Assembly (NCBI GenBank): GCA_031554415.1 | Contig: JAVBVG010000013.1 | Span: forward strand, 2,352-66,351 | Source of the DNA: Rikenellaceae bacterium | Lineage (GTDB): Bacteria > Bacteroidota > Bacteroidia > Bacteroidales > Rikenellaceae | DNA length: 64,000 nucleotides | Direction of reading: 5' to 3' | Shown here: positions 27,047 to 34,052 of the stretch, in pieces | Layout: every line of letters starts with the position of its first letter | Numbering within the stretch: position 1 is the stretch's first letter | The notes under the pieces: model-generated | What the model was told of the DNA's origin: nothing | What the model saw: only the letters and a program-made list of their open reading frames with translations | Database searches by the model: none | Made by a program: the position numbers and the translations under genes

Positions 27047-27217
27047 ATGGACAATACCGAGAAAAAAGCAGAAATGACAGACCGCCCCATTACCTACGTC
27101 GAAGCCGTGGAGCTGATCGCGCAGTCGCTGGCATCGCTCCGCATCTACGTGGTCGAATCCGACATTACCGACGCGCAGAACAGCGTGCGGGCCATCGTCG
27201 AAAAAGCCAGTTTCTGA
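27047..27217 (+). CDS. Small hypothetical protein (56 aa)
   Basis: Found by hand: MDNTEKKAEMTDRPITYVEAVELIAQSLASLRIYVVESDITDAQNSVRAIVEKASF. Its TGA shares one base with the next ATG (TGATG). It is below the 60-aa cut-off of the ORF track. Confidence 0.4.
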   Translation: MDNTEKKAEMTDRPITYVEAVELIAQSLASLRIYVVESDITDAQNSVRAIVEKASF

Positions 27218-27495
27218 TGGCCGCGCCCATGACACGTTACGAAAAGGAGCTGTCGCGCATGGTGGCCGAGCGGTACGGGAAACTCCCCGCCGCCGAACTC
27301 GTGGCCGAACTGTGCCGCATCGGAGTGGTCGATCACACCTTGTGCAAGGTACTCGCCGTCCGACAATACGTCGACGGACTCGTCAAAGAAGGATCAGGCA
27401 AGGTCGACGCCATGTGGCTCGCCGCCGAACACTTCTGCGCGACCTACGAATACGTCCGCAAGTGCATGTATTATTATATAGATGTCAATATTTAA
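27217..27495 (+). CDS. Small protein (92 aa) with possible C-terminal HTH (Mor/small-DNA-binding-like)
   Basis: It uses the internal ATG of ORF 27016..27495 (MAAPMTRYEKEL...). The upstream part of that ORF is Arg-rich and overlaps the 56-aa ORF. The HTH assignment is by eye only. Confidence 0.45.
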   Translation: MAAPMTRYEKELSRMVAERYGKLPAAELVAELCRIGVVDHTLCKVLAVRQYVDGLVKEGSGKVDAMWLAAEHFCATYEYVRKCMYYYIDVNI

Positions 27496-27579
27496 TGATG
27501 AATGGTTAATGATAAATGATATTGTGTGCCACTTTTTAATTAACCATTAACCATTCACCATTGTCCATTAACCATTATT
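27494..27579. repeat. Heptad-arm hairpin, TAA-type variant (AATGRTD / TAACCAT heptamers)
   Basis: The left arm is aatgatgaatggttaatgataaatgat. The right arm is taaccat-taaccat-tcaccat-tgtccat-taaccat. It lies between 27495 and the protease start at 27587. Confidence 0.65.
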
Positions 27580-27586
27580 TAAAATT

Positions 27587-28513
27587 ATGTTAGCAGAGAT
27601 CAAACTTACAAATGCGGCGCCGGGCGTTACGGTCCTCGATATCGAGGGCGTGATCGGGGTGCCGGAGGAGTGGCAGTTCGAGGAGCCGTCGGGACGCGTC
27701 GCCACCTACCGAAAATTCAAGGACTCCCTCGGCGCCATATCGAGGATACGCTCGGGCGAGGTGGTGGTGAATATCCGCTCGACCGGCGGCGACGTCGGCG
27801 ACGCTCTCCTCATCTACGACGCCCTTACTACCTTGGATGCGACGATCACGACGCGCTGTTACGGCTATGTGGCTTCGGCCGCGACGCTCATCGCCCAGGC
27901 CGCCTCGGAAGGGTGCCGCGAAATTTCGGCGAATTCGCTCTACCTGGTCCACAATGCCGTCAGCAACTGCGAAGGCAACGCCCGCGACTTCCGCCAGAGG
28001 GAGGAACTGCTGCTCAAGACCGACGAGCGCATCGCCTCGATCTACGCCGCGCGTTCGGGACGCGACGCGGGGGAATTCGCCTCGCTAATGGCCGAGAACA
28101 ACGGCGGCGGACGCTGGATGTCCCCCGAGGAGACCCTTGCGATGGGGCTTGTCGACCGGATCACCGATGCCGTGCAGGTTCCCGGCGAGGCCGCCGGGCT
28201 GATGAACGGAAAAACGTCGCCAGGGAAACGCAAAAGCCTTTCGGGACGCATCGCCGCCCTCGTCGACTTCCTGTCGGGCGAAAAAGCCACGCCGCTTCCC
28301 GCCAACGCCGCCGATACCGACGCCATGCGCTGGCAGCAGGATGTCGAGATCGATAAACTCCGCCAGAAGATCACATCGCTTGAAAGCGAGAATGCGCAGC
28401 TTCGCGCCCGTCCCACCGAAACAAAATCAAAGGAAGACCCTTCGCCCGCGGAGAGCCGCCGTTCGGCCAATCATGACGCATACTCGCGCGATGCCGAAGG
28501 ATTCTTTAAATAA
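27587..28513 (+). CDS. ClpP-family (S14) prohead protease with C-terminal scaffold-like coiled-coil extension
   Basis: The motifs are NIRSTGGDVGDALLIYDAL, GYVASAATLIA (Ser) and LYLVHNA (His). The C-terminus DKLRQKITSLESENAQLRA looks like coiled coil. Confidence 0.85.
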   Translation: MLAEIKLTNAAPGVTVLDIEGVIGVPEEWQFEEPSGRVATYRKFKDSLGAISRIRSGEVVVNIRSTGGDVGDALLIYDALTTLDATITTRCYGYVASAATLIAQAASEGCREISANSLYLVHNAVSNCEGNARDFRQREELLLKTDERIASIYAARSGRDAGEFASLMAENNGGGRWMSPEETLAMGLVDRITDAVQVPGEAAGLMNGKTSPGKRKSLSGRIAALVDFLSGEKATPLPANAADTDAMRWQQDVEIDKLRQKITSLESENAQLRARPTETKSKEDPSPAESRRSANHDAYSRDAEGFFK

Positions 28514-28631
28514 TCAACCGAGGCCGTTTACGGCCAAACTCATCGACCGGAGCAGGTCAGTCGCCGCAGGCGGTGCCGTTAAAGCGAAGGGAGGTAACTA
28601 AAATCAAACCAATAAAAAAATCAAAACAGCA

Positions 28632-29621
28632 ATGAGCATTATCACAGAACCAAAAACCTATGCGGGCAAAGACCTCGAAACGATCTTCTTCCGCCCGATA
28701 TTTTCCGGCCCCGACGCGAACGATCTGGGCATCAGGATACTCTACAACACGCCTGTTCCCACGACCCTGAATTTCTGGCGCGGATCGACCAATATCCTCC
28801 AGAAATACACCGCCGGAGGATGGAACGGATGCGGCGTGTCCGAAAGGTTCCAGAAAACGATAGACCTCCATAAGGTGAAGGCCGAAATGGGCTATTCAGC
28901 CGCGGAGTACTTCTCGATGGTCTACGAACTTATCACGGGCCGCGCCGACGTCAACATGGACGACCTGAGCGGAACCGAACTCGAAGAGGCCGAAACCAAA
29001 CTCTTCAAGGAATCGATCGCCGAAAGCATCCGCGCAACGATGTGGTTCGGCAACGTCGATCGCACCGGCGGGATGCTGAATACGTTCGACGGTTTCCTGG
29101 CCAGACTGAGCAAAGACATAGCGGAAGATCCGAATGTATTCGCAGCCAATGAGTTGTCCGCCGAGCAGTACGAAGCCTGCAGCGGCGAAGAGATACTGAA
29201 GAAGGCATGGAAACAGGCGCCGACACTGCTCAGGGAATTCAAGAATCAGGGGGAACTGGTCTACTTCGTTTCGTCCGATGTCTATGCACGGTACGAGGAA
29301 TCGCTCGACAGCGCAACGCTCGAAGCGGCATATCTCGCAAAGCAGCAGGGTCGCGAATCACTCTCTTACAGGGGTATACCAGTCGTGGACATACAGCTCT
29401 CCGGCTACTCCTACATGTTCGGAGATGTGCCCAACGAGTTCGCTCTCCTGACCGACCGCCGCAATCTGGCGCTGGCAGTGAACACGGCCGATTTCCCCGG
29501 TACCGAAGTGCGCATGTGGTACAATCCCGACCAGATGGAGAACCGCCAGAGGGCTGTTTTCATGGCCGGTTGCGACTATCTGCTGCCGGAGCTGATTTCG
29601 TTCATATACTGTTCCCTGTAA
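28632..29621 (+). CDS. Putative major capsid protein (329 aa)
   Basis: Its position directly after the prohead protease and its size fit a major capsid protein. I did not recognise a motif, so the call is positional. Confidence 0.55.
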   Translation: MSIITEPKTYAGKDLETIFFRPIFSGPDANDLGIRILYNTPVPTTLNFWRGSTNILQKYTAGGWNGCGVSERFQKTIDLHKVKAEMGYSAAEYFSMVYELITGRADVNMDDLSGTELEEAETKLFKESIAESIRATMWFGNVDRTGGMLNTFDGFLARLSKDIAEDPNVFAANELSAEQYEACSGEEILKKAWKQAPTLLREFKNQGELVYFVSSDVYARYEESLDSATLEAAYLAKQQGRESLSYRGIPVVDIQLSGYSYMFGDVPNEFALLTDRRNLALAVNTADFPGTEVRMWYNPDQMENRQRAVFMAGCDYLLPELISFIYCSL

Positions 29622-29625
29622 ATCC

Positions 29626-30123
29626 ATGCCGTTATCCGGATTGGAAAGGGTTTCCGCAAAACCCCGCGGAGGGATCGTGACGGTGGAACTCGTTCCGGCG
29701 CACGCTTTCCGGGGGGCGGAATATGACCGGGACACGGAGTGTTTCATTTCCGTCGATACTTCCGAGCCTTTCGCCGCCTATGTTTTCCGTGAAGACCGCG
29801 CTTCCTACACCGAAGAGTCTTCGGACACCGGAGGACTGCCTCTCGTGAAGCACATTCTGAAAATGGAGTTTCCCGCCGGAGCGGAAACGAACCGCGCGCT
29901 GGCCGAACTTTGCGCGCTGTCTGCCGGAGGTTTCGCGGCCATAGTCACCACCGGCAGGGGAGAACGCCTGCTGGCCGGATATTCCACACGCTTCGGCACG
30001 CAGTATCCGCTCCGCCCGGCAAAGGTTTCGTCCGCTTCCGGCTCGCACCCGTCCGACTTCCCGTCGGTAACAGTCACGTTCGAAAGCACCGACGCGGAAT
30101 ACTCGAAACCTCTGCATAACTGA
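29626..30123 (+). CDS. Hypothetical virion protein (165 aa)
   Basis: It starts 4 nt after the capsid ORF and codon usage is clean. Confidence 0.5.
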   Translation: MPLSGLERVSAKPRGGIVTVELVPAHAFRGAEYDRDTECFISVDTSEPFAAYVFREDRASYTEESSDTGGLPLVKHILKMEFPAGAETNRALAELCALSAGGFAAIVTTGRGERLLAGYSTRFGTQYPLRPAKVSSASGSHPSDFPSVTVTFESTDAEYSKPLHN

Positions 30124-30272
30124 AACTTGCTTTTCTTTTGCCACCTTTTAGAAAAAAGGTGGCGCCAAAACCTTTCGACGGAAGCTACGCTTCCTACTAT
30201 ATGTAGTGCTGTGAATGCTTGCTGAGGTAGGCTCTGGTTATGCGGAATGTGCGGGTTGCACGAAGTGTAACA

Positions 30273-30331
30273 ATTCTTGTGTGGGATTTACTTGTGAAAA
30301 TTCATTTTCAACATAAATCCCGCACAAGAAT
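30273..30331 (+). other. Long hairpin (18-bp stem, one G:U on the + strand RNA) in the capsid-portal gap
   Basis: attcttgtgtgggattta pairs with taaatcccgcacaagaat. The loop itself contains tgaaaat/attttca. Confidence 0.6.
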
Positions 30332-30523
30332 ATTTTCAGGCTGCGCCTGCCGCCAAATTCCGAGTAACATACGAAGAGCAGCCATACTTGTAAGCGTTGA
30401 TCCACATCAACACAATATCAAAATAAACCGCTGCGGCCGTTGCCACCGCCGCCGGCGTTCCGGCAATCTTTTGGCTACTTTGTGATTTGACAAAGCAGCA
30501 TAAGAAAAAAAGAAAAATTCAAT

Positions 30524-31759
30524 ATGAAAAAAAACAACAATAACCGTCGTCAGGGGCGGGTTTACGCGGTACGCGGTTCGAAGGAGCCGATGGGCGGATG
30601 GGTTTCGGGCAGGGTTGTGTCCGACGCCAAGTTTTGGCGTTGGGGCGATGACAACCTGCTGCCCAATGCGCTGGCGCTGATGTCGCGCCGTTCGACGACC
30701 CACCGCCGTATCATCAACGACAAGGCCGACTACATTTCGGGCAAGGGTTTTTCGTTCGATCAGGAGCAGGAGCTTCTGGGGCGTTTCGCCGAACGCGCCA
30801 ACGGCCGGGGCGAAACACTGCGCCAGGTGCTCAACAAGCTGGCTTTCGACAAGGCTCTGTTCGGGAATGCGTTTCTGGAGATCGTTACCGATCAGGATCA
30901 TTCGTTCCTGTCGCTGCACCACCAGGACGCCTCCCGCTGCCGCGTTGCCAAGGACGGGCGCAACATTATCCTGCACCACGACTGGACCCGCTACAAACAG
31001 TCCGAGGCTCATGTGCTGCCGCTTTACCCCGATTTCGCGTCGTGCGATGACGGGCTTCTGCGCTCCGTCATCCATTACAAGGACTACGAGCCGATGTTCG
31101 AACACTACGGCGTGCCGTCGTACATCGCCGGGATGAACGTTTCGGCGATCGCCTGGAAGACCGACAAATGGAACATCAGCCGCCTGGACAACTCGTTCCA
31201 GCTTTCGGGCGTGATGATGCTCGACGGCGCGGTGGACAGCGAACAGCAGGCAGACGAGATCGTGAAGACCGCCGAAAGGAAGTTCGCCGGAAATCCCGGA
31301 CAGGTGATGTTCATGATCAAGGAGAGCGACCAGAACGACAATTCGCGCTTCATCCCGATCGCCTCGGCCAACGATGGCGACTGGAAGGCGCTCCACGACC
31401 AGGCCACTTCTGATATCGTCGTGGCGCATTCGTGGTTCCGTTCGCTGAGCGGTCTCGACTATGGCAGCGGTTTCAACGCCGAACGCATCCTGCACGAGTA
31501 CGAGATCGCGCTCAACACAGTGATTCTCGCCGAGCAGGCCGAATTGCTGGAGCCGATCCGCCGGGTACTGGAGCTGATCCTGGCCGTCGACGCCTCGTCG
31601 CTGCAGGTGGTGAACCGTCCGCCGACCAAGGCCAAACCCCTTTACATGAAGGTGTGGGAGGCGCGCAAGGCCGACGGCCTGGAGTACGACCCCGACGACG
31701 AGAACCAGCAGTGGTACCTCGGTCAGATCACTAAATATAACATGAAGAATATAGATTAG
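30524..31759 (+). CDS. Phage portal protein (PBSX/P2-like family by eye)
   Basis: It is 411 aa. Stretches typical of that portal family are INDKADYISGKGF, GNAFLEIV, YGVPSYIAG and IVVAHSW. Confidence 0.7.
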   Translation: MKKNNNNRRQGRVYAVRGSKEPMGGWVSGRVVSDAKFWRWGDDNLLPNALALMSRRSTTHRRIINDKADYISGKGFSFDQEQELLGRFAERANGRGETLRQVLNKLAFDKALFGNAFLEIVTDQDHSFLSLHHQDASRCRVAKDGRNIILHHDWTRYKQSEAHVLPLYPDFASCDDGLLRSVIHYKDYEPMFEHYGVPSYIAGMNVSAIAWKTDKWNISRLDNSFQLSGVMMLDGAVDSEQQADEIVKTAERKFAGNPGQVMFMIKESDQNDNSRFIPIASANDGDWKALHDQATSDIVVAHSWFRSLSGLDYGSGFNAERILHEYEIALNTVILAEQAELLEPIRRVLELILAVDASSLQVVNRPPTKAKPLYMKVWEARKADGLEYDPDDENQQWYLGQITKYNMKNID

Positions 31760-31837
31760 TCATGAGTTATGAATCAGGAGTTGTGGTGCGGCGGATGCCG
31801 CAGGCTTTTTTGATTCGTAATTCGTAATTCGTAATTT
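31760..31837 (+). terminator. Heptad-arm hairpin (ATGAGTT / TAATTCG variant) enclosing an intrinsic terminator
   Basis: The arms form 15 bp, including three G:U pairs that exist only in the + strand RNA. The inner stem tgcggc/gccgca is followed by cttttttg. Confidence 0.7.
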
Positions 31838-31839
31838 AA

Positions 31840-32304
31840 ATGAAGTTATTGATTACACCTGCGCAGGTGGCCGAAACGGCCTTCCGCGCCCCCGATTTCA
31901 TAACCGCCGACGCCGTTCCGGAGGCCACGATCCTCGCCGCGCAGCAGAAGTTCATCCGTCCGGTTCTGGGCGGGCTTTACGAGAAACTGTGCGCGGGGGA
32001 GTATCCGGATTTTCTGTCGGAATATCTCCTGCCGCCGCTCGCTCTGTATGTCAAGATGCTGATGCTGCCGTCGCTGTCGGTGCAGGCCGGTGCGGCGGGA
32101 GTGGTCGAGGTCGATTCGAAGAACCTTTCGCGGGCGGGCGATACGCGCCTTCGCTATGCCGTGCGCCGTCTGCGGAGCGACGCTTCCGCTCTCATGAAAA
32201 GGGCGGTCGGACAGATCGAGTCCGACCCGGACGCTTATCCCGAATACGACGCGCGCCGCAACGTGCTGAACCGCCGCTCCATCGAAGGGCGGATAGTCCT
32301 GTAA
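31840..32304 (+). CDS. Hypothetical protein (154 aa), possible head-tail adaptor by position
   Basis: ORF quality and position between portal and holin support it. No motif recognised. Confidence 0.5.
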   Translation: MKLLITPAQVAETAFRAPDFITADAVPEATILAAQQKFIRPVLGGLYEKLCAGEYPDFLSEYLLPPLALYVKMLMLPSLSVQAGAAGVVEVDSKNLSRAGDTRLRYAVRRLRSDASALMKRAVGQIESDPDAYPEYDARRNVLNRRSIEGRIVL

Positions 32305-32309
32305 CAGTT

Positions 32310-32738
32310 ATGGAAAATACTCTTAAATACATCTGGGGCTGCGTGACCGGAGTGTTCGCGCTCCTGGTGCCGATACAGGGCCTCGTCGTCTGCGCAATGG
32401 TCTTCGTCGCGATAGATTTCGCGACGGGGATCGTCGCCTCGCGGTGCCGCGCCCGCCGCGCCGGACTCCGCTGGAGTTTTTCGAGCCGCAGGGCGTGGGA
32501 CACCGTTACCAAACTGATCTTCGTGATGGCGGGGATCGCGCTTGCGTGGATGCTCGACAGTATGGTGCTCACCTTCGTCGAACTGCACCTGGCAAAGGTT
32601 TTTACCGGATTCGTGTGCGGGGTCGAATTCTGGAGCTACCTCGAGAACGCCGCCGACATAACAGGGCACCCGGTTTTCAGCGCTTTAAAGCGTCTGCTGA
32701 AAGGCAAGGTCGATAAGGCGCTGAAAAATGAAGAGTGA
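32310..32738 (+). CDS. Phage holin family protein (holin_4_1-like)
   Basis: It has three or four TM segments. AIDFATGIVAS ... EFWSYLENAADITG matches the D-x-x-TG ... S-x-x-EN pattern of that holin family. The start is the internal ATG of ORF 31989..32738. Confidence 0.7.
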   Translation: MENTLKYIWGCVTGVFALLVPIQGLVVCAMVFVAIDFATGIVASRCRARRAGLRWSFSSRRAWDTVTKLIFVMAGIALAWMLDSMVLTFVELHLAKVFTGFVCGVEFWSYLENAADITGHPVFSALKRLLKGKVDKALKNEE

Positions 32739-32825
32739 AGAATGAAAAATGAAGAAAGATCTTCAAGAATATTATAAACACGGCTTTGCCGTGCACCATT
32801 CTTAATTCTTCATTTTCTATTCATC
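32725..32825. repeat. Heptad-arm composite hairpin between convergent holin and hslR
   Basis: The left arm is tgaagag-tgaagaa-tgaaaaa-tgaagaa and the right arm is cattcttaattcttcattttctattcatc. The inner stem is cacggc/gccgtg. The arms overlap both stop codons. Confidence 0.7.
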
Positions 32826-33212
32826 GAGGTCCTCGATGAACATATCCTCCATAAGGGCGTCGATATCGCGGCGCTCTTTTTTTGTGGGACGTCCCGTGCC
32901 GCGGTCTCGGCTGATGAAGATGGTTTCGCGCGGAACCAGCAGCTTTTCGAGCTCTTCCCTCGGGGTGATGTTTTCGGCGTAACGCGCCACGTCCCTCGCG
33001 GGCAGGCGGTTGTTAACCAGCTCTAAAACCCGGAACCGGAATGTGATCTGCCCTTTCCGCACGTCGATGATGTCGCCCGTCTTGACGTCGTAAGAAGGCT
33101 TTACCCACGCTCCGCCCACCGACACACGGTTCATCTTTACGGCATCCGCCGCCACCGTGCGCGTCTTGTAGATCCTGACGGACCACAGCCACTTATCGAT
33201 TCTTACGCTCAT
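32817..33212 (-). CDS. hslR: Ribosome-associated heat shock protein Hsp15 (S4 domain)
   Basis: The N-terminus is RIDKWLWSVRIYKTRTVA. It is 131 aa. Confidence 0.85.
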   Translation of the reverse strand: MSVRIDKWLWSVRIYKTRTVAADAVKMNRVSVGGAWVKPSYDVKTGDIIDVRKGQITFRFRVLELVNNRLPARDVARYAENITPREELEKLLVPRETIFISRDRGTGRPTKKERRDIDALMEDMFIEDLDE

Positions 33213-33235
33213 AATATCGTATTGGACGCAGTTGC

Positions 33236-33341
33236 CGTCATTGCGGGGAGCGGTGAACCGCGACGCGGCAATCCTGCTCTTTTTCCTGATTGCTTCGTCG
33301 GCTCGTCCGCCGTCTGCGTTCCGGCCCTTCTCGCAATGACG
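33236..33341. repeat. Inverted pair of the gattgcttcgtcg...ctcgcaatgacg repeat
   Basis: cgtcattgcggggagc...gcggcaatc (33236..33273) faces gattgcttcgtcgg...ctcgcaatgacg (33288..33341). Compare 5292..5326. Confidence 0.5.
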
Positions 33342-33349
33342 TTTATCGT

Positions 33350-33916
33350 TTAGCCTTTAGTATTAAACAGGTTCATGGTACGCTCGATGCCTACCGTGGC
33401 GAACGACTGAATGGCTTTGACGGCCGTGTCGACCTTCTCGGGCAGCTCCTTTTTTTCCTCGTTGGTCCACTGGCTCAGCACGTAGTCGGCCTGCAGTCCG
33501 CGCGGGAAATCGCCGCCTATCCCGAAGCGGATGCGGGGGAAATTGTCGGCTTCGAGCGTCCAGATAATATCGTGCAGGCCGTTGTGGCCGCCGTCGGAAC
33601 CCTTGGCGCGGATGCGCAGTTTGCCGAAAGGCAGCGCGATGTCGTCGACCACCACCATCACATTCTCTATCTCCACTTTCTCCTGCTGCATCCAGTAGCG
33701 CACCGCCTTGCCGCTCAGGTTCATGTATGTCTGCGGCTTCACGAGCACAAGAATGTGTCCCCTGTGGCGCACGGTGCAGGTTTCTCCGTAACGCCCGGGC
33801 GCAAAAACAGCGTTGGACACCGCTGCAAGGGTGTCCAACACTTTAAAACCTATATTATGGCGGGTTTCGGCGTATTCCGGACCGGGGTTACCTAACCCGA
33901 CAATCAAAAATTTCAT
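33350..33916 (-). CDS. pth: Peptidyl-tRNA hydrolase
   Basis: It carries LIVGLGNPGPEYAETRHNIGF. Confidence 0.95.
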   Translation of the reverse strand: MKFLIVGLGNPGPEYAETRHNIGFKVLDTLAAVSNAVFAPGRYGETCTVRHRGHILVLVKPQTYMNLSGKAVRYWMQQEKVEIENVMVVVDDIALPFGKLRIRAKGSDGGHNGLHDIIWTLEADNFPRIRFGIGGDFPRGLQADYVLSQWTNEEKKELPEKVDTAVKAIQSFATVGIERTMNLFNTKG

Positions 33917-33929
33917 ATGGATGAAATTT

Positions 33930-34052
33930 TTAATGAAAGATGATAGATGAAAAATGAAAAATTGTTGTGCGGCATCCGCCGCGAAACTTTAAAAGCCGAT
34001 GCGAAGCATCACCTTAATCTTTCGTTTTTCATCTTTCATTCGTTATTTCTTC
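33930..34052. repeat. Heptad-arm composite hairpin between ctc and pth
   Basis: The left arm is taatgaaagatgatagatgaaaaatgaaaaatt and the right arm is aatctttcgtttttcatctttcattcg. It shares the inner block attgttgtgc with 34737..34880. Confidence 0.7.

Larger units (their letters stand above)
22881..32738 (+). mobile_element. Phage-derived virion gene cluster (all on + strand) lacking integrase, terminase and replication genes
   Basis: It contains a ClpP-type prohead protease, a putative capsid, a portal and a holin, plus uncharacterised structural-size ORFs. It is bounded by host genes: a SPOR/lipoprotein operon upstream and hslR-pth-ctc downstream. Confidence 0.7.

Noticed and set aside
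24617-27235. Long minus-strand ORFs (24617..25762, 381 aa; 25919..27235, 438 aa) antisense to the 793-aa gene
   Set aside because: They are Arg/Gly/His/Val-rich with no motifs, typical of shadow ORFs in high-GC coding DNA. The + strand ORF is longer, uninterrupted and fits the operon. The same reasoning applies to these ORFs:
- 3151..4374 (+)
- 30407..31495 (-)
- 39348..41276 (-)
- 44250..45530 (+)
- 46496..47743 (-)
- 50542..51696 (+)
- 55334..56533 (-)
- 58272..59420 (-)
- 60084..61067 (-)
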